Notes: a model not told the origin generated them from the letters alone. A DNA stretch of 64,000 nucleotides from Octopus vulgaris (GCA_951406725.2 OX597827.1:43338001-43402000), one strand, 5' to 3'. Positions 40,061 to 55,632 are shown, counted from the first letter of the stretch. Made by a program: numbers and translations.

Positions 40061-40154
40061 CCTCCTTCTTTCTTTCCTTTCCTGAGCGTCCAATAACACT
40101 ATACATGTTCCACATCCTAGCCTTGTTGTGGTTTCTCTTTGTTCATATTTGGAT

Positions 40155-40203
<49 letters not shown>

Positions 40204-41404
40204 ATATGTATATATATATTTACATATATATATATATGTGTGAGTGTGCCGTGGTTGGTGGTTGTCTACTCCTTATGCAGAGTTTGACCACGTCCTGTAC
40301 TTTAAAACCATCATGGCATGGCACCTGATGTGGTTTTTTAAACCAGACAATGTTCTGAAAAGACACCCACATAGATTGCATATCCGATTTGGACCACCAA
40401 GTGCTTCAGATAAGTTCTAATCTTTGCGGATCTTAAAATGTCTGTTGAAGCTTCCGTTAGACTTGCAAACCTTATATATATATATACACACAATGTATAT
40501 GTGTATGTATGTGTGTGTATGTATGTATGTATGTATGTATGTATGTATGTATGTATGTATGTATGTATGTATGTATGTATGTATGTAGGTAGGTAGGTAG
40601 GTAGGTAGGTAAGTAGGTAGGCAGGCAGTATGTACCGTCCAGAGAAGAGTGTATATGTATATATATATATATATATGGGTTTTCTATATATACGAGTGCG
40701 TATGTATGTGACTATTTGGTTATCAGTTTACGTAATAATTAATTACCGTGTAATGGCTTGTAATATTGTGAGAAACAGAAATTCCGGGAACATGAAAGGA
40801 ATTTTTTTCAACGAGGAGTAAATAAAGCATAAATTCAGAATACGAGAGATATGAATAGAGATATATTCTTCTAAATGACATCCATATGGTTACAGCCGTT
40901 TCGTTACCTTCTTCCAAACAGCTGCAATTCGTTTCAAATTATTAATAATACTATATATATCGCTGGACAGAATCATACGGACACGTTTGTATCAATATGT
41001 CTACTAAGCATTATTCAATACAAGGTTGTATATTCACATATCAAGGCAAAGAAAGAAAGCTAACTCAACTCATCTACGGATCGTCACAGTTATATCCAAC
41101 ATTCAACTCTAAATATACACACAAAATCCACGCTATTAACAATGTATGGAAAACAAGAATTGGACAAAATTACGTGGATTTGGTTAGTAAGAGGAAAACA
41201 AAAAGGCAAAAACCACGCTGCGGTGCTATTCATTATAGAAGAATTTCACACTTAGACCAATCAAGTGAAAGTGATCGAATGAAAACAAAGAATTTATCAT
41301 TCTTAATTTAAGCAAAATGCACAATTAAAATGAATTAAAAAAACGTAATTTAAGCATATAACATCAAAAATAGCATGACATAATTCACAGACAGGACTGC
41401 ACAC

Positions 41405-41445
<41 letters not shown>

Positions 41446-41491
41446 CAAACAAACAAACACACTCTCACGCATGTATATATTTATAAACTAA

Positions 41492-41918
41492 TACTCTTTA
41501 CTCTTTTACTCTTTTACTTGTTTCAGTCATTTGACTGCGGCCATGCTGGAGCACCGCCTTTTTTTAGTCGAGCAAATCGACCCCGGGACTTATTCTTTTT
41601 GTAAGTCCAGTACTTATTCTATCGGTCTCTTTTGCCGAACCGCTACGTGACGGGGACGTAAACACACCAGCATCTGTTGTCAAGCAATGCTAGAGGGACA
41701 AACACAGACACACAAACACACACACACATACATATATATATATACATACATATATACGACAGGCTTCTTTCAGTTTCCGTCTACCAAATCCACTCACAAG
41801 GCATTGGTCGGCCCGGGGCTATAGCAGAAGACACTGCCCAAGTTGCCACGCAGTGGGACTGAACCCGGAACCATGTGGTTGGTTAGCAAGCTACTTACCA
41901 CACAGACACTCCTGCGCC
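41492..41918 (-). mobile_element. Full-length young SINE family A with TSD
   Basis: Near-identical reverse complement of 12587-13006; TSD TAT(A/T)TATTTATAAAC at 41474-41488 and 41919-41933. Confidence 0.93.
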
Positions 41919-42368
41919 TATTTATTTATAAACACACATACATATATATATATATGCATGTATGTGAATGCATATATATGTATTTTTATATATATAGACA
42001 TACACACACACCAACCTTTTCACGCTTCGTTCTTTCTTTCCCCCCTCTCTCTCACATTTCTTTGTCTTTCTTACTCTTCACTTCACTATGTCCCTGTCTC
42101 TTTTTTTTCTCGCCACTCCTTAATTCGTTTGTCTATCTGCTTCTACAACTCTCTCTCTGTTCTCCTTCCCCTCCTTAATTATTTTGTTCCTCTTTTTCTC
42201 TCTCTTCTCTTCTCACGTGACCGAGTGGTCAGACTGCTACTCCCACTGCTACATCGATATTCTTCCCTGTGTTCGTGAAAGTTTTATATCAATGCCGTAA
42301 GACTTCATTTCTACACACGCCAGCTGAATTCAATTCGTCCCCAGTCGAAAGACGCCTGTTGTTATGTC

Positions 42369-42578
42369 CTTTTACTTGTTTCAGTCATGTGACTGTGGCC
42401 ATGCTGGAGTATCGTCTTTAGTCGAGCAAATCGACCCCAGGACCTATTCTTTGTAAGCCTAGTACTTATTCTATAGGTCTCGTTTGCCGAACCGCTAAGT
42501 TACGGGGACGTAAACACACCAGCATCTGTTGTCAAGCGGTGTTGGGGGGGGGGGGCAAACACAGACATAGAAACATAT

Positions 42579-42611
<33 letters not shown>

Positions 42612-42663
42612 AATATATACGACAGGCTTCTTTCAGTTTCCGTCTATCAAATCTACTCACAAG
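42369..42663 (-). mobile_element. SINE family A, head-less
   Basis: Tail through CAAATCTACTCACAAG. Confidence 0.88.
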
Positions 42664-42892
42664 TGTCAGAAACCATAGATAAAGCCAAGCTTATGGAAGC
42701 CATGCAAAATGTCCCGTGCAATGTGACAAGTCTAGTTTCTTACTGCAAGCCTCTTTACTGATTCTCATAAAAACTTATAGAATCAAACTAACTCTTTACA
42801 CGCAATTATTTTGCTACAATAAAACTTTACCACAATATCTCTCACTCACTCCTTCTTTCTCTCTCTCTTTATATGTACACAGGTATTTATAT

Positions 42893-42953
<61 letters not shown>

Positions 42954-42985
42954 TATGAATGTATCTTTATACATACATACATATA

Positions 42986-43028
<43 letters not shown>

Positions 43029-43047
43029 GTATATAAATATGTATTGC

Positions 43048-43110
<63 letters not shown>

Positions 43111-43211
43111 ACATAAAGATTTATATTCATATGCATGCATTTATTGTTTATACATTCCTCTAAGGATACAATCACATATATATTAAGTATATATATATAT
43201 GCGTGTTTGTG

Positions 43212-43243
<32 letters not shown>

Positions 43244-43307
43244 ATCTATGTATACATGCATACATACATACATATATATACGTATGCATATCTACATACA
43301 TATATAA

Positions 43308-43340
<33 letters not shown>

Positions 43341-43564
43341 TGTATGTATGTATGTATGTATGTATGTATGTATGTATGTATACAGACACACACACAAGCA
43401 CACATTTTGCTATACTCATGTATGTGCGTGCGTATGTGTGTGTCTGTGTATCTGAGACATGAAGCTACACCCCTAAATCATAAGTTTTTGTTATTCATGT
43501 TTTCTCTTATCTTTGTATAAGTTCTTTGCATATTATTCGCGATGATGAAATTTCTAAATATATC

Positions 43565-43795
43565 TGTTTCTTTATTGCGCACAAGGGGCTAAACATAGAG
43601 GGGACAAACAAGGACAGACAAATGGATTAAGTCGATTACATCGACCCCAGTGCGTAACAGGTACTTAATTTATCGACCCCGAAAGGATGAAAGGCAAAGT
43701 CGACCTCGGCGGAATTTGAACTCAGAACGCAACGACAGACGCAATGCCGCTAAGCATTTCGCCCGGTGTGCTAACGTTTCTGCCAGCTCGCCGCC
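43565..43795 (-). mobile_element. Full-length SINE family B with 20-bp TSD
   Basis: TSD ATGAAATTTCTAAATATATC at 43545-43564 and 43796-43815; reverse complement of 26975-27205. Confidence 0.93.
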
Positions 43796-44258
43796 ATGAA
43801 ATTTCTAAATATATCGTTGATCATTCTAAATTTTCTCAGCCTCTTCATCAGGATGCGGTGTGTTTTGGCTTCTGTAATTGTATTAACTATTGGATCTGTG
43901 GACCTTAACTCCGGAATTCTGAAACTGAACACCTGATTTCTGCACCTCTAGTCACGTGTTAGTCTTTTATTTACATACATAAATAGATATTGCCTGTTTG
44001 TTTTGTTCAATGCTGTGTTTTACTTCTTGTAAAACTTTCTCATTAATCGTCTGTTGTTGCGTGCAGTTCAGTGCAGTATGATTGCATTTTTCTCTAATCT
44101 TTTCTTCCCTAAATTATTTTGTGTTATATGCTTCTTAGTCTAAGTATATTGTGCAACTGCTCCTTGTTGTAAATGCATAATGACTCTACGATAAATAGAT
44201 AGATAGATAGATAGATAGATAGATTGATAGATAAATAGATAAATAGATAGAGAGATAG

Positions 44259-44289
<31 letters not shown>

Positions 44290-44409
44290 GTTAGATAGAG
44301 AGATATAGATAGAAAGAGAGATAGAGAGATAGAGAGAGAGATAAATAGTCTAAGTATATTGTGCAATTGCTCCTTGTTGTAAATACATAATGACTCTACG
44401 ATAGATAGT

Positions 44410-44545
<136 letters not shown>

Positions 44546-45462
44546 TAATGGGGAGAAAAAACGCGAAGAAAGAATCAATATGCTCTCTTTGTATGCCATG
44601 CCCGATGTGAGAGTCAAAGCCACGAAATTTACAATTTTCACATTTACAATAGTATAAATCTCATTCGTTATAATAGCCATTTATCGTTTGTTGTTGGGAA
44701 AAGGGTTTTTCTTATTATAATGTTTTTGTAACGTTTTATTCGTGTTAGTGCAGGGTGTGGGATGAAGAGTTTCATGAGATCTTTTATATATTAATATGTT
44801 CAATAGTTATGCCTTGGATAAGACATTGAACTGCATTCGAGGTGGGACTCCAGTTCTGGATTTCATAACTCTGTCGGGAAACATCTTTTGGTCATTACTG
44901 CTCCCACCTCTGCTCTGGTCTCGCGTGGCATTACCTATCGATTTGGGCTCCAGTGATAGAATATATAGCAGAAGATGGTCCTGCAACCGAGGCATACGGT
45001 ACTCCGGGGGGAACTGGCCTTCAGAGATGTGTCACACAGGTGGCTAACCAGTGTGTGGATATGCCGTGATGTCACGTCAAATGATTCCCCTGCCTAAGAG
45101 TTAAATATGTCTTGCTCTGATGAGCCGAAGACTAGCAGAGTGAACAGTAAAGGAACCAGAAGAAGACAATTGGAAACTAGTGATCAATCTGTTCCAAGAA
45201 AAACCAGGAATATTCAAATTTTGGTATAGAGGTCTATGATCGGCGATATCTGAAGGCACAGCACATGAAGGAAGTGAAAGAGGGTTTTAGAGTTAACCCT
45301 GTAAGTATTACTATCACCGACATTGCCGTCATCATCATCAGCAGCAACAGCATGATCATCATCATCACCATCACCACCACCATCACCATCATCATCTTCA
45401 TCATCATCATCAGCAGCAGCAGCATCATCATCATCATCACCATTACCGCCACCACCACCACC

Positions 45463-45496
<34 letters not shown>

Positions 45497-46873
45497 TCAT
45501 CTTCTTCATCACCACCACCATCGTCATCGTAATTTCCGACATCATCGTCATAATCGTCTCATCATCATTCATATCGTCGACGTCCTCATCATCACCGCCA
45601 TTTTCATTATTTTTTGCCTAGTCATCGTCATCGACCTCATCATCAATATTGCCATCTCGTCATCATCATCGCCGTTTTCATCATCATTCTCTCCCACATT
45701 ATCGTCATCGTCCTCCTCCTCTTCACCACCGTCATCGTCATCGTCATCCCAGGAATCGTCCGCGTCATCATTATCATTGTTATTGTAGAGTTAATTCAAA
45801 ACCTAAACGCTAGACACTCGGTCATACATCGCGAGTGAACCAAGTTCACGTGATCGGTCTATAAATTGGTCATGAGGCTATGGCGTGATATGGTTTACTC
45901 GAATTTATTTGTATCCCCTGTAAAATCCGTCCTTGACGCTTTTCTAATTCCAGAGTGTTGAAGGCGGCTTGCAAACTAACGCGTCTTAAATCTTGCTACG
46001 CAGACGGCCAACGGATCTCAGTAGCCATTGAGGTTTTCACAATTGACTTCGTATATTTTTGGACCGACCGCACGTTGTCACACAGGTAGCTTTCTATAAT
46101 TTTAGATCAGGTTGTCTTTCTTCCAGCAAGCAATTATTTATATTGTCCATTGTAAATAGCCAACACCGAATATCTTTATGTCCAGCAATAAATATTTCAG
46201 TTAAATGCTCACGCGTTTGCTTTAGTTATTATTCACGCAGTCAACGGAATATATTCTCATTTCTCCGCTACCGTTGCGACAAGCAACCAGCGACGCCATC
46301 ATTAGCGCTATCATCATCATCATCATCATCATCGCCGTCATTATAATCATAGTCGTCTTCGTTGCTGCCGTTGTTATTGCTGTCCTCCTCCTCCTCATCA
46401 TCATCACTATTATCGTCGGTCGTCGTGGTGGTCGTCGTGGCCGTCGTTGTTATGGTTGTCACGGTCACCGTGGTCATCGTGGTCGTCGTCGCCGTCGTGA
46501 TCGTGGCCGTCGTCGTTGTCGTCGAATCATCAAGGTGAGTAAAATAAAGTAGGAAGAGGAAACAATGAGACGCGGCCTAGTGTCTCATTGTTTTCTATCA
46601 TTCCAACGATAGAAACATCCAAGGGGTAAAAAGCAAACTTTGCTGGGCTGTGATAGTGACTCAGGGGGCTGAGCTTGGTTCCACTATGTGCCAGGCCCAC
46701 TCTGTCTGTAGATTGCTTTTAGGATTCGAATCACAGGTTTCTCTGCCATAAACCCGAGTGACTTTCACTTTGGTAGAATCATTTTTTTTGCGGTTCTTGT
46801 TGTTAGAGTAGCATCGAGAGCAATACTTCATTTAACCCGAGTCCAGGAAAGAGCCAATCGTTTATTTATAGGC

Positions 46874-47569
<696 letters not shown>

Positions 47570-48205
47570 ATGCTGGTGGTGGTGGTAGGGGTGTCATAAG
47601 ATAGGAAATACAACAGGTGCTGTGCCGGTGATTGGGTGGCGGTCGAGATGGTTGAGGTAGGAATTACTGTATGTGCTGCGGTATTGCTAGCAGCCGTGTC
47701 TGTGCTTATGATGGTCAAGGATTCAGTATTTGTAGTGGTATTGGTGGTGGTGGTGGTGGTGGTAGTGGTGGTGGTAGTGGTGGTGGTAGTGGTGATGGTT
47801 GTTTGGTGATGGTGGTGGTGGTTGTGGTGGTGGTGGTGATGCTGGTGGTAGCCCGCGGTGGTGGTAGTAGTGTTGGTGGTGGTGGTGGTGGTGATGGTAG
47901 TGGTGGTGGTAGTAGTGATGGTGGTAATAGAAGTGGTTGTGGTAGTAGTAGTAGTAGTGGTAGAGGTTGTGATGGTGGTGCTGGTTATAGAGGTAGTGCT
48001 GGTTGGGCTGTAGAGTTGGTGGTAGTGTTAGTAGTGGTGGGTGTGTTAGTGGCGGTGCTGGTGGCGGTGGTAGCAGTGGTAGTGGTGGTAGTGGAAGTGG
48101 TAGAGGTTGTGACGGTGATGGTGGTGGTAGTGTTTACGATGTGTCAAGTGTTCGCAGCAGAGGTGGACATTATCGTAGAGGTAATAGTATTTGTAGTACA
48201 AGCAA

Positions 48206-48260
<55 letters not shown>

Positions 48261-48738
48261 TCCGGTTGTAGAGTTTGCATTATAATTGATGATGGTGATG
48301 GTGGCGGAGGAGTAAGCAACGGTTTTAGCATTAGTGGCGCTGATTACAGTATAGGTGACAGCATTCGAGTTGGTTGTGGTAGTGGTTGCGGTTATGGCCA
48401 TATGTGTGAACATGCGCGCATGAGTATGCACAAGTATGCCTTTATGTATGTATGTATGTATGTATGTACGTATGTATGTATGTATGTGTGTGTATGCATG
48501 TATGTATGTGTGTATGTATGCATGTATATATGTATATAGGAATGTGTGTGTATATCTGTATGTATGCATGTATGTATGTATGTATGTATGTATGTATGTA
48601 TGTATGTATGTATGTATGTATGTATGTATGCATGCATGTATGTATGTATGTATGTATGTATGAATGTGTGTATGTATGTATGTATGTATGTATTTGTGTG
48701 TATGTATGTATGCATGTATGTATGTAGGAATGTGTGTG

Positions 48739-48774
<36 letters not shown>

Positions 48775-49428
48775 TGTATGTATGTATGTATGTATGTATA
48801 TGCATGTATGTAAATGTGTCATTGTTCAGTTTTATTTCAAGATTCCTTTATATGTATGTATGTATGTTTTTATGTATGGATGTATGTGTGTATGTGTTAG
48901 TGGTTATGGATGTTTGCGTATATGAGTGCGTGTATATGTGTGTGTCTGCGCTCGCGCGTGTGTGTGTGTGTGTGTGTGAGACGAGAGAATTAGTCGGTAT
49001 TTCTATAAAGGCCTTGATGACGCAATAAATCCATTTGTCTTTTCTTATACTGGCGGTATCCATGACTACAGTATATTCTAGCTGCAACCCAACACCCACC
49101 CCTCATCCTGCACACACAGACACTCACATACACACACTCACACACACACACATACACATACACATATACACACACGCACATACACAGAAGCAACATTTCG
49201 CTCTGATGAACATACACTCATACATACATATATACACACATGCATACACTCATACATACACACATACACACAGGCACACGCACAATACATATACATACAT
49301 GCTGGTACACACATTCGGAGACTCTCATCAATACATAGACGTACCTGTATAGGTAGAGATCACACGGAATGGAATACAAATACACACACAAACATATATA
49401 CATACATGCATACATAAATACGTAAAAT

Positions 49429-49469
<41 letters not shown>

Positions 49470-49470
49470 G

Positions 49471-49511
<41 letters not shown>

Positions 49512-49563
49512 GTAAGTTTGTATGCATGTATGTATATATGTACATATGCATGTGCCTATGTAA

Positions 49564-49600
<37 letters not shown>

Positions 49601-49623
49601 ATATGAATATTTATATAAATATG

Positions 49624-49713
<90 letters not shown>

Positions 49714-50077
49714 TGTATATGTATAATTGTTTATACAAAATATACAAAATTACATGTATGCATATATGTATAGAAACACACACACACACTCATATATGTA
49801 TAGTATAATATTTAAGTAATTTAAGTAATTTTAGAGAGAGAGAGAGAAAAAGAGAAAGAGAAAAAGAGAGAGATAGAGAGTGATATATATGCACATACGC
49901 ATGTGAGTATGAATGCGTGATTGTATATGTACGTGTGTTTGTGTATATCAAACTATGCTGTGAAATGATTATAGCAAATGAACCCACGCATACGCCTACA
50001 GAATATCCGACATGTTTATATACATTTATGCATACAGCTATACCCGCTATACATTCACATATACACATACATATATG

Positions 50078-50109
<32 letters not shown>

Positions 50110-50126
50110 ATATATACGCACACACA

Positions 50127-50171
<45 letters not shown>

Positions 50172-50849
50172 TTATTTATGTATGACTAAATACTGATTTC
50201 AAATAATGGAATATTTCTTTGTATTACGTTTCGTCAACCATAAATATTTTCGTCGGACTGATGAGCATTACATAAGAGAAATACTAACGGTGTATTTAAT
50301 GAGCGCATTTTTCATCTACATCTGTTTTCCACGCAAAAACACGAAAACCCAAAATATTTTCGATCACTTTCTCACTTCAACACCTAACCTTTCTTTTCTC
50401 CTACCTTAAACCTACTCTGCACCTGTCAGGTCACCTAACTACTGCATTGCAACAATGGCTCGTCACGCTACTGCTCACAACACCACAAACCTCTTCCCCG
50501 TCGGTGCTATGGTTCTTCTTTTGAGCCGGCTCATCAGAACTCCGCCAGTTCTATACCAGATAACCCTAAGGTTTTTATTTGCTGTTTATGCATTATTATC
50601 AATTCGTTGTCTTCGTGTGGCCTTAAGCCTTTATTCTGTTTATTGTTTTGTCCCTCGTTTCGGTATGTTTTGGTCCCCCTCCCGGCAGGTATCTTGCCGG
50701 TGCCTCCAGGGTGGAAGCAATATTATCGATAATGACCGAAATTGCGCTTGACTTTATGGCCAATAACTGAATAGGAGTTTCCGTTCGTCTGTGTATTTAG
50801 TATAAGTTCGTATATTTATTTACTACACGCTGTTTTTAAAAATTATGCG

Positions 50850-50899
<50 letters not shown>

Positions 50900-51799
50900 C
50901 ATACAGGTATACAGACATGAAAAGAGTAATTTGCACTATGTTAAGCGAAAAATATAGATTAAATCGAAATATGACATGAAATATACAACGTAAAGTATAG
51001 AATTTCAATAGAGAAATTCATATAGTCAGAGTGAATAAATGCATTCGAGCGGTACAGACGACGTCAGAACTAAATTGCTGAAGTATTTTATGCTAATATT
51101 CATAGACATGTGATGGTGGCGGTGGAAATATGGTGTATGTCGTTGTATGAATTACGAAGAATAGTACCTGCGTGGGAAGTGTTAAGCAGCAGGTCGGGAA
51201 ATCTCGAGTTGCAGGATGTGTGATAGGTTACAAATTATAGGTTACAAATCCTAAAGTTTGAAATACATTTTGCTGTCACAAAAAATATTGTTTATGTGGT
51301 GTCAGTTAAACGTGGGAGTTTGGGAAGAAAGAATTTGAATACTGCGGTATGTAAAGAGTGCCAATAAAAGCGAGCTTTTTCTTATCTGTTGTGTAATTTA
51401 GATACGCTTCTCCATTCTAAGTTAGTTTATTGTTCATTTCTAAGCTTCGAATACACGCAGTAACTAAAAAGCAAGTGACATTTCTTTTACTTGTTTCGAA
51501 ACTTGTATGTATGCTGGTTGGTGCTGAATTTAAATGGATTTGGAATTCAAACAAATATATACATCTCATGCATTATTCAGTTAAGGGAGGTTGATGGGAC
51601 GATATTTTGAGCAAAGTTGGATGTAGTAGAGTTAGTGATTTTTATAGTATCTTTCATTAAAACTTCTTTAATCTCTGGACAAGGTGTTTAAATAATTTGC
51701 AGAAAAGTTTCATAATCGGGTTAGCCATCCCTAAATGAAGAGAAGGATCATATTGAATAACAATTATTTTCGCGCCTAGCTGCAGTTTCCAAGTTATCA

Positions 51800-51818
51800 A
51801 AACTGAAAAAACCCCGTC

Positions 51819-51866
<48 letters not shown>

Positions 51867-51965
51867 GTATGTGTCTCTATTTACCACCCCATGGGGTCGA
51901 TTTGTTCGACTAAAGGCGTTGTCCAGTATGACCGCAGTCAAGCAAGTAAAGGAATAAAAGAATAC
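51800..51965 (+). mobile_element. Internally deleted SINE family A 3' part
   Basis: AAACTGAAAAACCCCGTCGTATAT...GGGGTCGATTTGTTCGACTAAAGGCG...CCGCAGTCAA. Confidence 0.75.
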
Positions 51966-52136
51966 GTTAGTGTATGTGTGTAGGTGTATGTGTATGTTTG
52001 TATGTGTGGGTGATCGTGTGTGTGTGTGTAAGTGTAAGTGTAAGTAGGTGTAAGTAGGTATGTAAATAGGTGTGTAAATAGGTGTGTATGTATATAAATA
52101 TATTGTCTGTATGTCTGCATGTATGAATACATGTAT

Positions 52137-52510
52137 ACTCTCTTTTTACTCTTTTACTTGTTTCAGTCATTTGTTCGTCGCCATGCTGGAGCAAATCGAC
52201 CCCAGGGCTTAATTTTTGCAAGCCTAGTACTTATTCTATCGGTCTCTTCAGCCGAACCGCTAAGTTACGGGGACGTAAACACACCAGCGATGTTGGGAGG
52301 ACAACACAGACACACAAACATATACACACACACATGCATATATATATATATATATATATATATACGAGGGAGCTTCTTTCAGTTTCCGCCTACCAAATCC
52401 ACTCACAAAGCTTTGGTCAGCCCGAGGCTATAGTAGAAGACACTCGCCCAAGGTGTCACGTAGTGGGACTGAACCCGGAACTTACTTACCACACAGCCAC
52501 TCCTACGCCT
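52137..52510 (-). mobile_element. SINE family A with small deletions
   Basis: (CTCTTTTA)n tail through CACAGCCACTCCTACGCC head. Confidence 0.9.
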
Positions 52511-52849
52511 ATATGTGTATGTATGTATTTTTATAAGTACCAGACCAGAATCTTGACCACAAACAGGCAATTATCTGTTATCTATTTTCTAAATGGGTGA
52601 TACACATACACATACAAACATACACGGAGAGGCTCAGATAGTTTCATAAACAACAATTCACTTGCACGCACTCAAAATCCAGTACACATAGAAGACTGTC
52701 TATTGTTCCGTTTCACGGGAGACAGTTCACCATATTAGATATCGAGGAGCATTGTGGGAAATATTCATCAACTGATTCATGTTAAAAACAACAGCGTTAT
52801 CTAGACCAACTTCTTTTAACTTCTTATTTCCTCTCTCTTTCCCATTCTT

Positions 52850-52895
<46 letters not shown>

Positions 52896-52909
52896 ACTTG
52901 CACAAACAC

Positions 52910-52947
<38 letters not shown>

Positions 52948-53191
52948 TATATATACATACACACACACACACACATATATATATACACATGTATATATAC
53001 ATATATATACTGCATATATATGTATATATTATATATACACATATACACACATATACGAATATATATATATATATGAAATACGATATAATATAATATAAAT
53101 ATTTGGTAATCTGAAACCTGAACGAACCACGTTTCTGCTAGAAGCCTGCGAAACTTCAAGTCGTATGGAGCTAAATCGAACTGGTACTATT

Positions 53192-53328
<137 letters not shown>

Positions 53329-53349
53329 TAATAATAATAATAATAATAC

Positions 53350-53832
53350 ATTGTTTTGTCTTGGTATAAAAGATGGGCTACAGCAAATATTCTGCTCAAT
53401 ACCACAGATTTGCTTGTCAGTTGTTTGACCTTAACCAGTTGAGCATGTCCCTTAGTGGCTGACGATATGTGCATCTCTGATCACGAGCAGAAGTAGTGGC
53501 GGAGCATCATAGCCATGTGTTGAGAAGGATTCTTTGGGGTTTGAATAATTCACCTCTGGAAACATGGGTGTTTCGTTCATAGTCCTTAAACAACCCTTAT
53601 TCAGGGACCTTTTGAGCGGGATGGGTTACTCGATCTGAAGAAAATTCTAACTGGGCTCCACCTGCAAGGTCATGTGCTGTTTATCTTGATATGAGATCAC
53701 CATGTCGCGCACATATGGTTGTGATGCATGTGCCTGGTGTACCCTTATCAGACGGGTAGTCATGATGGGTATACTGGTCTTCGTATATTTTACCCCAGTG
53801 TCACTTTGATGGCATGCTCTGCTCGCTCACTC
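53350..53832 (+). mobile_element. ~480-bp non-coding element embedded in (TAA)n
   Basis: Unique-complexity segment with pure (AAT)n on both sides; both ends recur in (TAA)n at 37388-37467. Strand is nominal. Confidence 0.7.
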
Positions 53833-53902
<70 letters not shown>

Positions 53903-53914
53903 TAGTTATACTTA

Positions 53915-54021
<107 letters not shown>

Positions 54022-54088
54022 ATATATATATATATGAAAAAACAAGTCAAAAATAGAAAATGCTAAAATAATTTTACAGTGAACATTT

Positions 54089-54126
54089 CAGTACCGGTTT
54101 CGGTCATTTTGAGACCTTTTCAACTG
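54089..54126 (-). ncRNA. Minimal type I hammerhead with U3-A8 core
   Basis: CAG-TTGAAAA-GGTC-TCAAAAT-GACC-GAA-ACCGGT-A^-CTG. Compensated 3-8 pair, perfect helix II, palindromic helix III, GUA site. Confidence 0.8.
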
Positions 54127-54706
54127 TAACGATTAAATAATTAAATTTAGAAAAATTAGAAGAAAAGTTTTTTTAAAGGAATATTTCTATAGTAGTGTTC
54201 AGATATAAGTGGCATTCTGCCTTTCTCTGACTCCCTTGTTTGCACTTGTGTGTTCGAGGTCGTTGTGAGTTCTTGGTAGGGTAGTAGAGGAAGAGGGCTG
54301 GTGAGGAAAGGGGGTGGGAGAATCTGGGAGTGCCCTGATGGTCGTATTTTGAATGGTCAGTGGCGGCTGGCAGTCTCAGTTCAATTCAGGAGAATATTTA
54401 TATTGACAGGCTTGTTTATAGAATTAGCGTAGGTGTTATACTAAAAAACATTAGTGACAAAGTTAAGGGGTAGGGGGTGGAGAAGTAGAAGAAGAAGAAG
54501 AAGAAGAAGAGAAGGAAGAAGAAGAAGGAGAAGGAGAAGGAGAAGGAGAAGATGACGATGATGGTGATGGTGGTGATGATTATGACGACGATGATGATGA
54601 TAATGATGATGATGAAGAAGAAGAAGAAGAAGGAGGAGAAGGAGAAGATGGTGGTGATGATGGTGGTGATGATGATAACGACGATGATGATGATAATGAT
54701 GATGAT

Positions 54707-54739
<33 letters not shown>

Positions 54740-54874
54740 AAAAAAACAGAGAAGGGAGAATATGAATGGGTGTAAATATAGCTATGAAGGGGCTGATTAG
54801 TAATGGATTCTATGGAGTGTAGTATTTGTGTGTGTATATATATTTTTTTTCTTTTATTCTAAAGTTGAGGTATA

Positions 54875-55632
54875 TTAATTGTTTGTCGTAGACCCGTTAA
54901 GAAGTGGCTTGTATTTTGTAATAAAGAGATTTTCTTTACTTATTCGTTGTCTCGAGGTTGTATCGTCCCTAAATTGGTAGAGGGGGAAAATTCTGAAGTT
55001 TGGTGTTTTTTTGTTGGCGCAAGTATCTATGTGTTGCCTAAAAGCTATTTTTCTGTTTTGGGGAATTTTTATCTGGGATCTGTGCAGGGCCATTCGTTTA
55101 CGCAAACCATTTTTTGTTTGGCCTATGTACTGCTCTTGACACCCGGAGCAGGTTAGTGAGTATATTAGGTTCTCCGAAGCACATGTGAAGTTGCTTTTCA
55201 CTGTAAACCGTTGTCCCTGTTTGAAGGAGAACTCTGATCCCTCAATAAGATAGTCGCATATCCCGCAATTGGGTCTTCCACAGTTTTTTTACTGTCGGCT
55301 TCTGTGTTGAAGAGTGAATTCGGGCTTGTGTAAGGAGACTTTTCATGGATCTAGGCTGTCTTTTGCTTTTTATGATCGTGTGTGTTTGGAGGATTGTGTT
55401 CATTCTGTGGTCTTTTTTTAGGAGGGGTATGTTGTGGAGGATGGTGTCGAAGGCTTCGTTATTGAGAGGGTTGTGTGTGGAGATGTATGGTAAGGCTTTT
55501 GGTTGTAAGTTTTTCTTGGATTTGGGATGTCTCAGTTCCTTGATGTTAAGTTGAAGGGCACGTTGAATGCACTTGTCAATAAGTGAAGGTGGATAGTTCC
55601 TGGTGATTAGGGTATCTTTTAGTTCTTGTAGT
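54875..55632 (-). pseudogene. Penelope-like RT thumb/linker plus GIY-YIG endonuclease with one frameshift
   Basis: RLQELKDTLITRNYPPSLI...LPYISTHNP...KRQPRSMKSLL, a frameshift in the T-run near 55283-55290, then CGRPNCGICDYL...FTCASENLIYSLTCSGCQEQYIGQT...LRKRMALHR...KE..FI....PLLN. Confidence 0.9.

Larger units (their letters stand above)
54036..55632 (-). mobile_element. 5'-truncated Penelope-like element (Neptune-type) with 3' terminal repeat
   Basis: GIY-YIG ORF, 3' UTR and a same-strand HHR, bounded by (TA)n at both ends. Confidence 0.85.

Noticed and set aside
40887-40916. Minus-strand TGG-AAGA-AGGTAAC-GAA-ACGGCTGT-A-ACCA
   Set aside because: The CUG of the core is missing; counted only as a weak relic and not annotated.
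43822-43856. Minus-strand CTGATGA...GAAA
   Set aside because: No helix II pairing.
45112-45140. CTGATGAGCCGAAGACTAGCAG
   Set aside because: Lacks GAAA and a valid NUH triplet.
50255-50292. CTGATGA-GCATTACATAAGA-GAAA-TACTA
   Set aside because: Neither helix I nor the closing pair of helix II forms.
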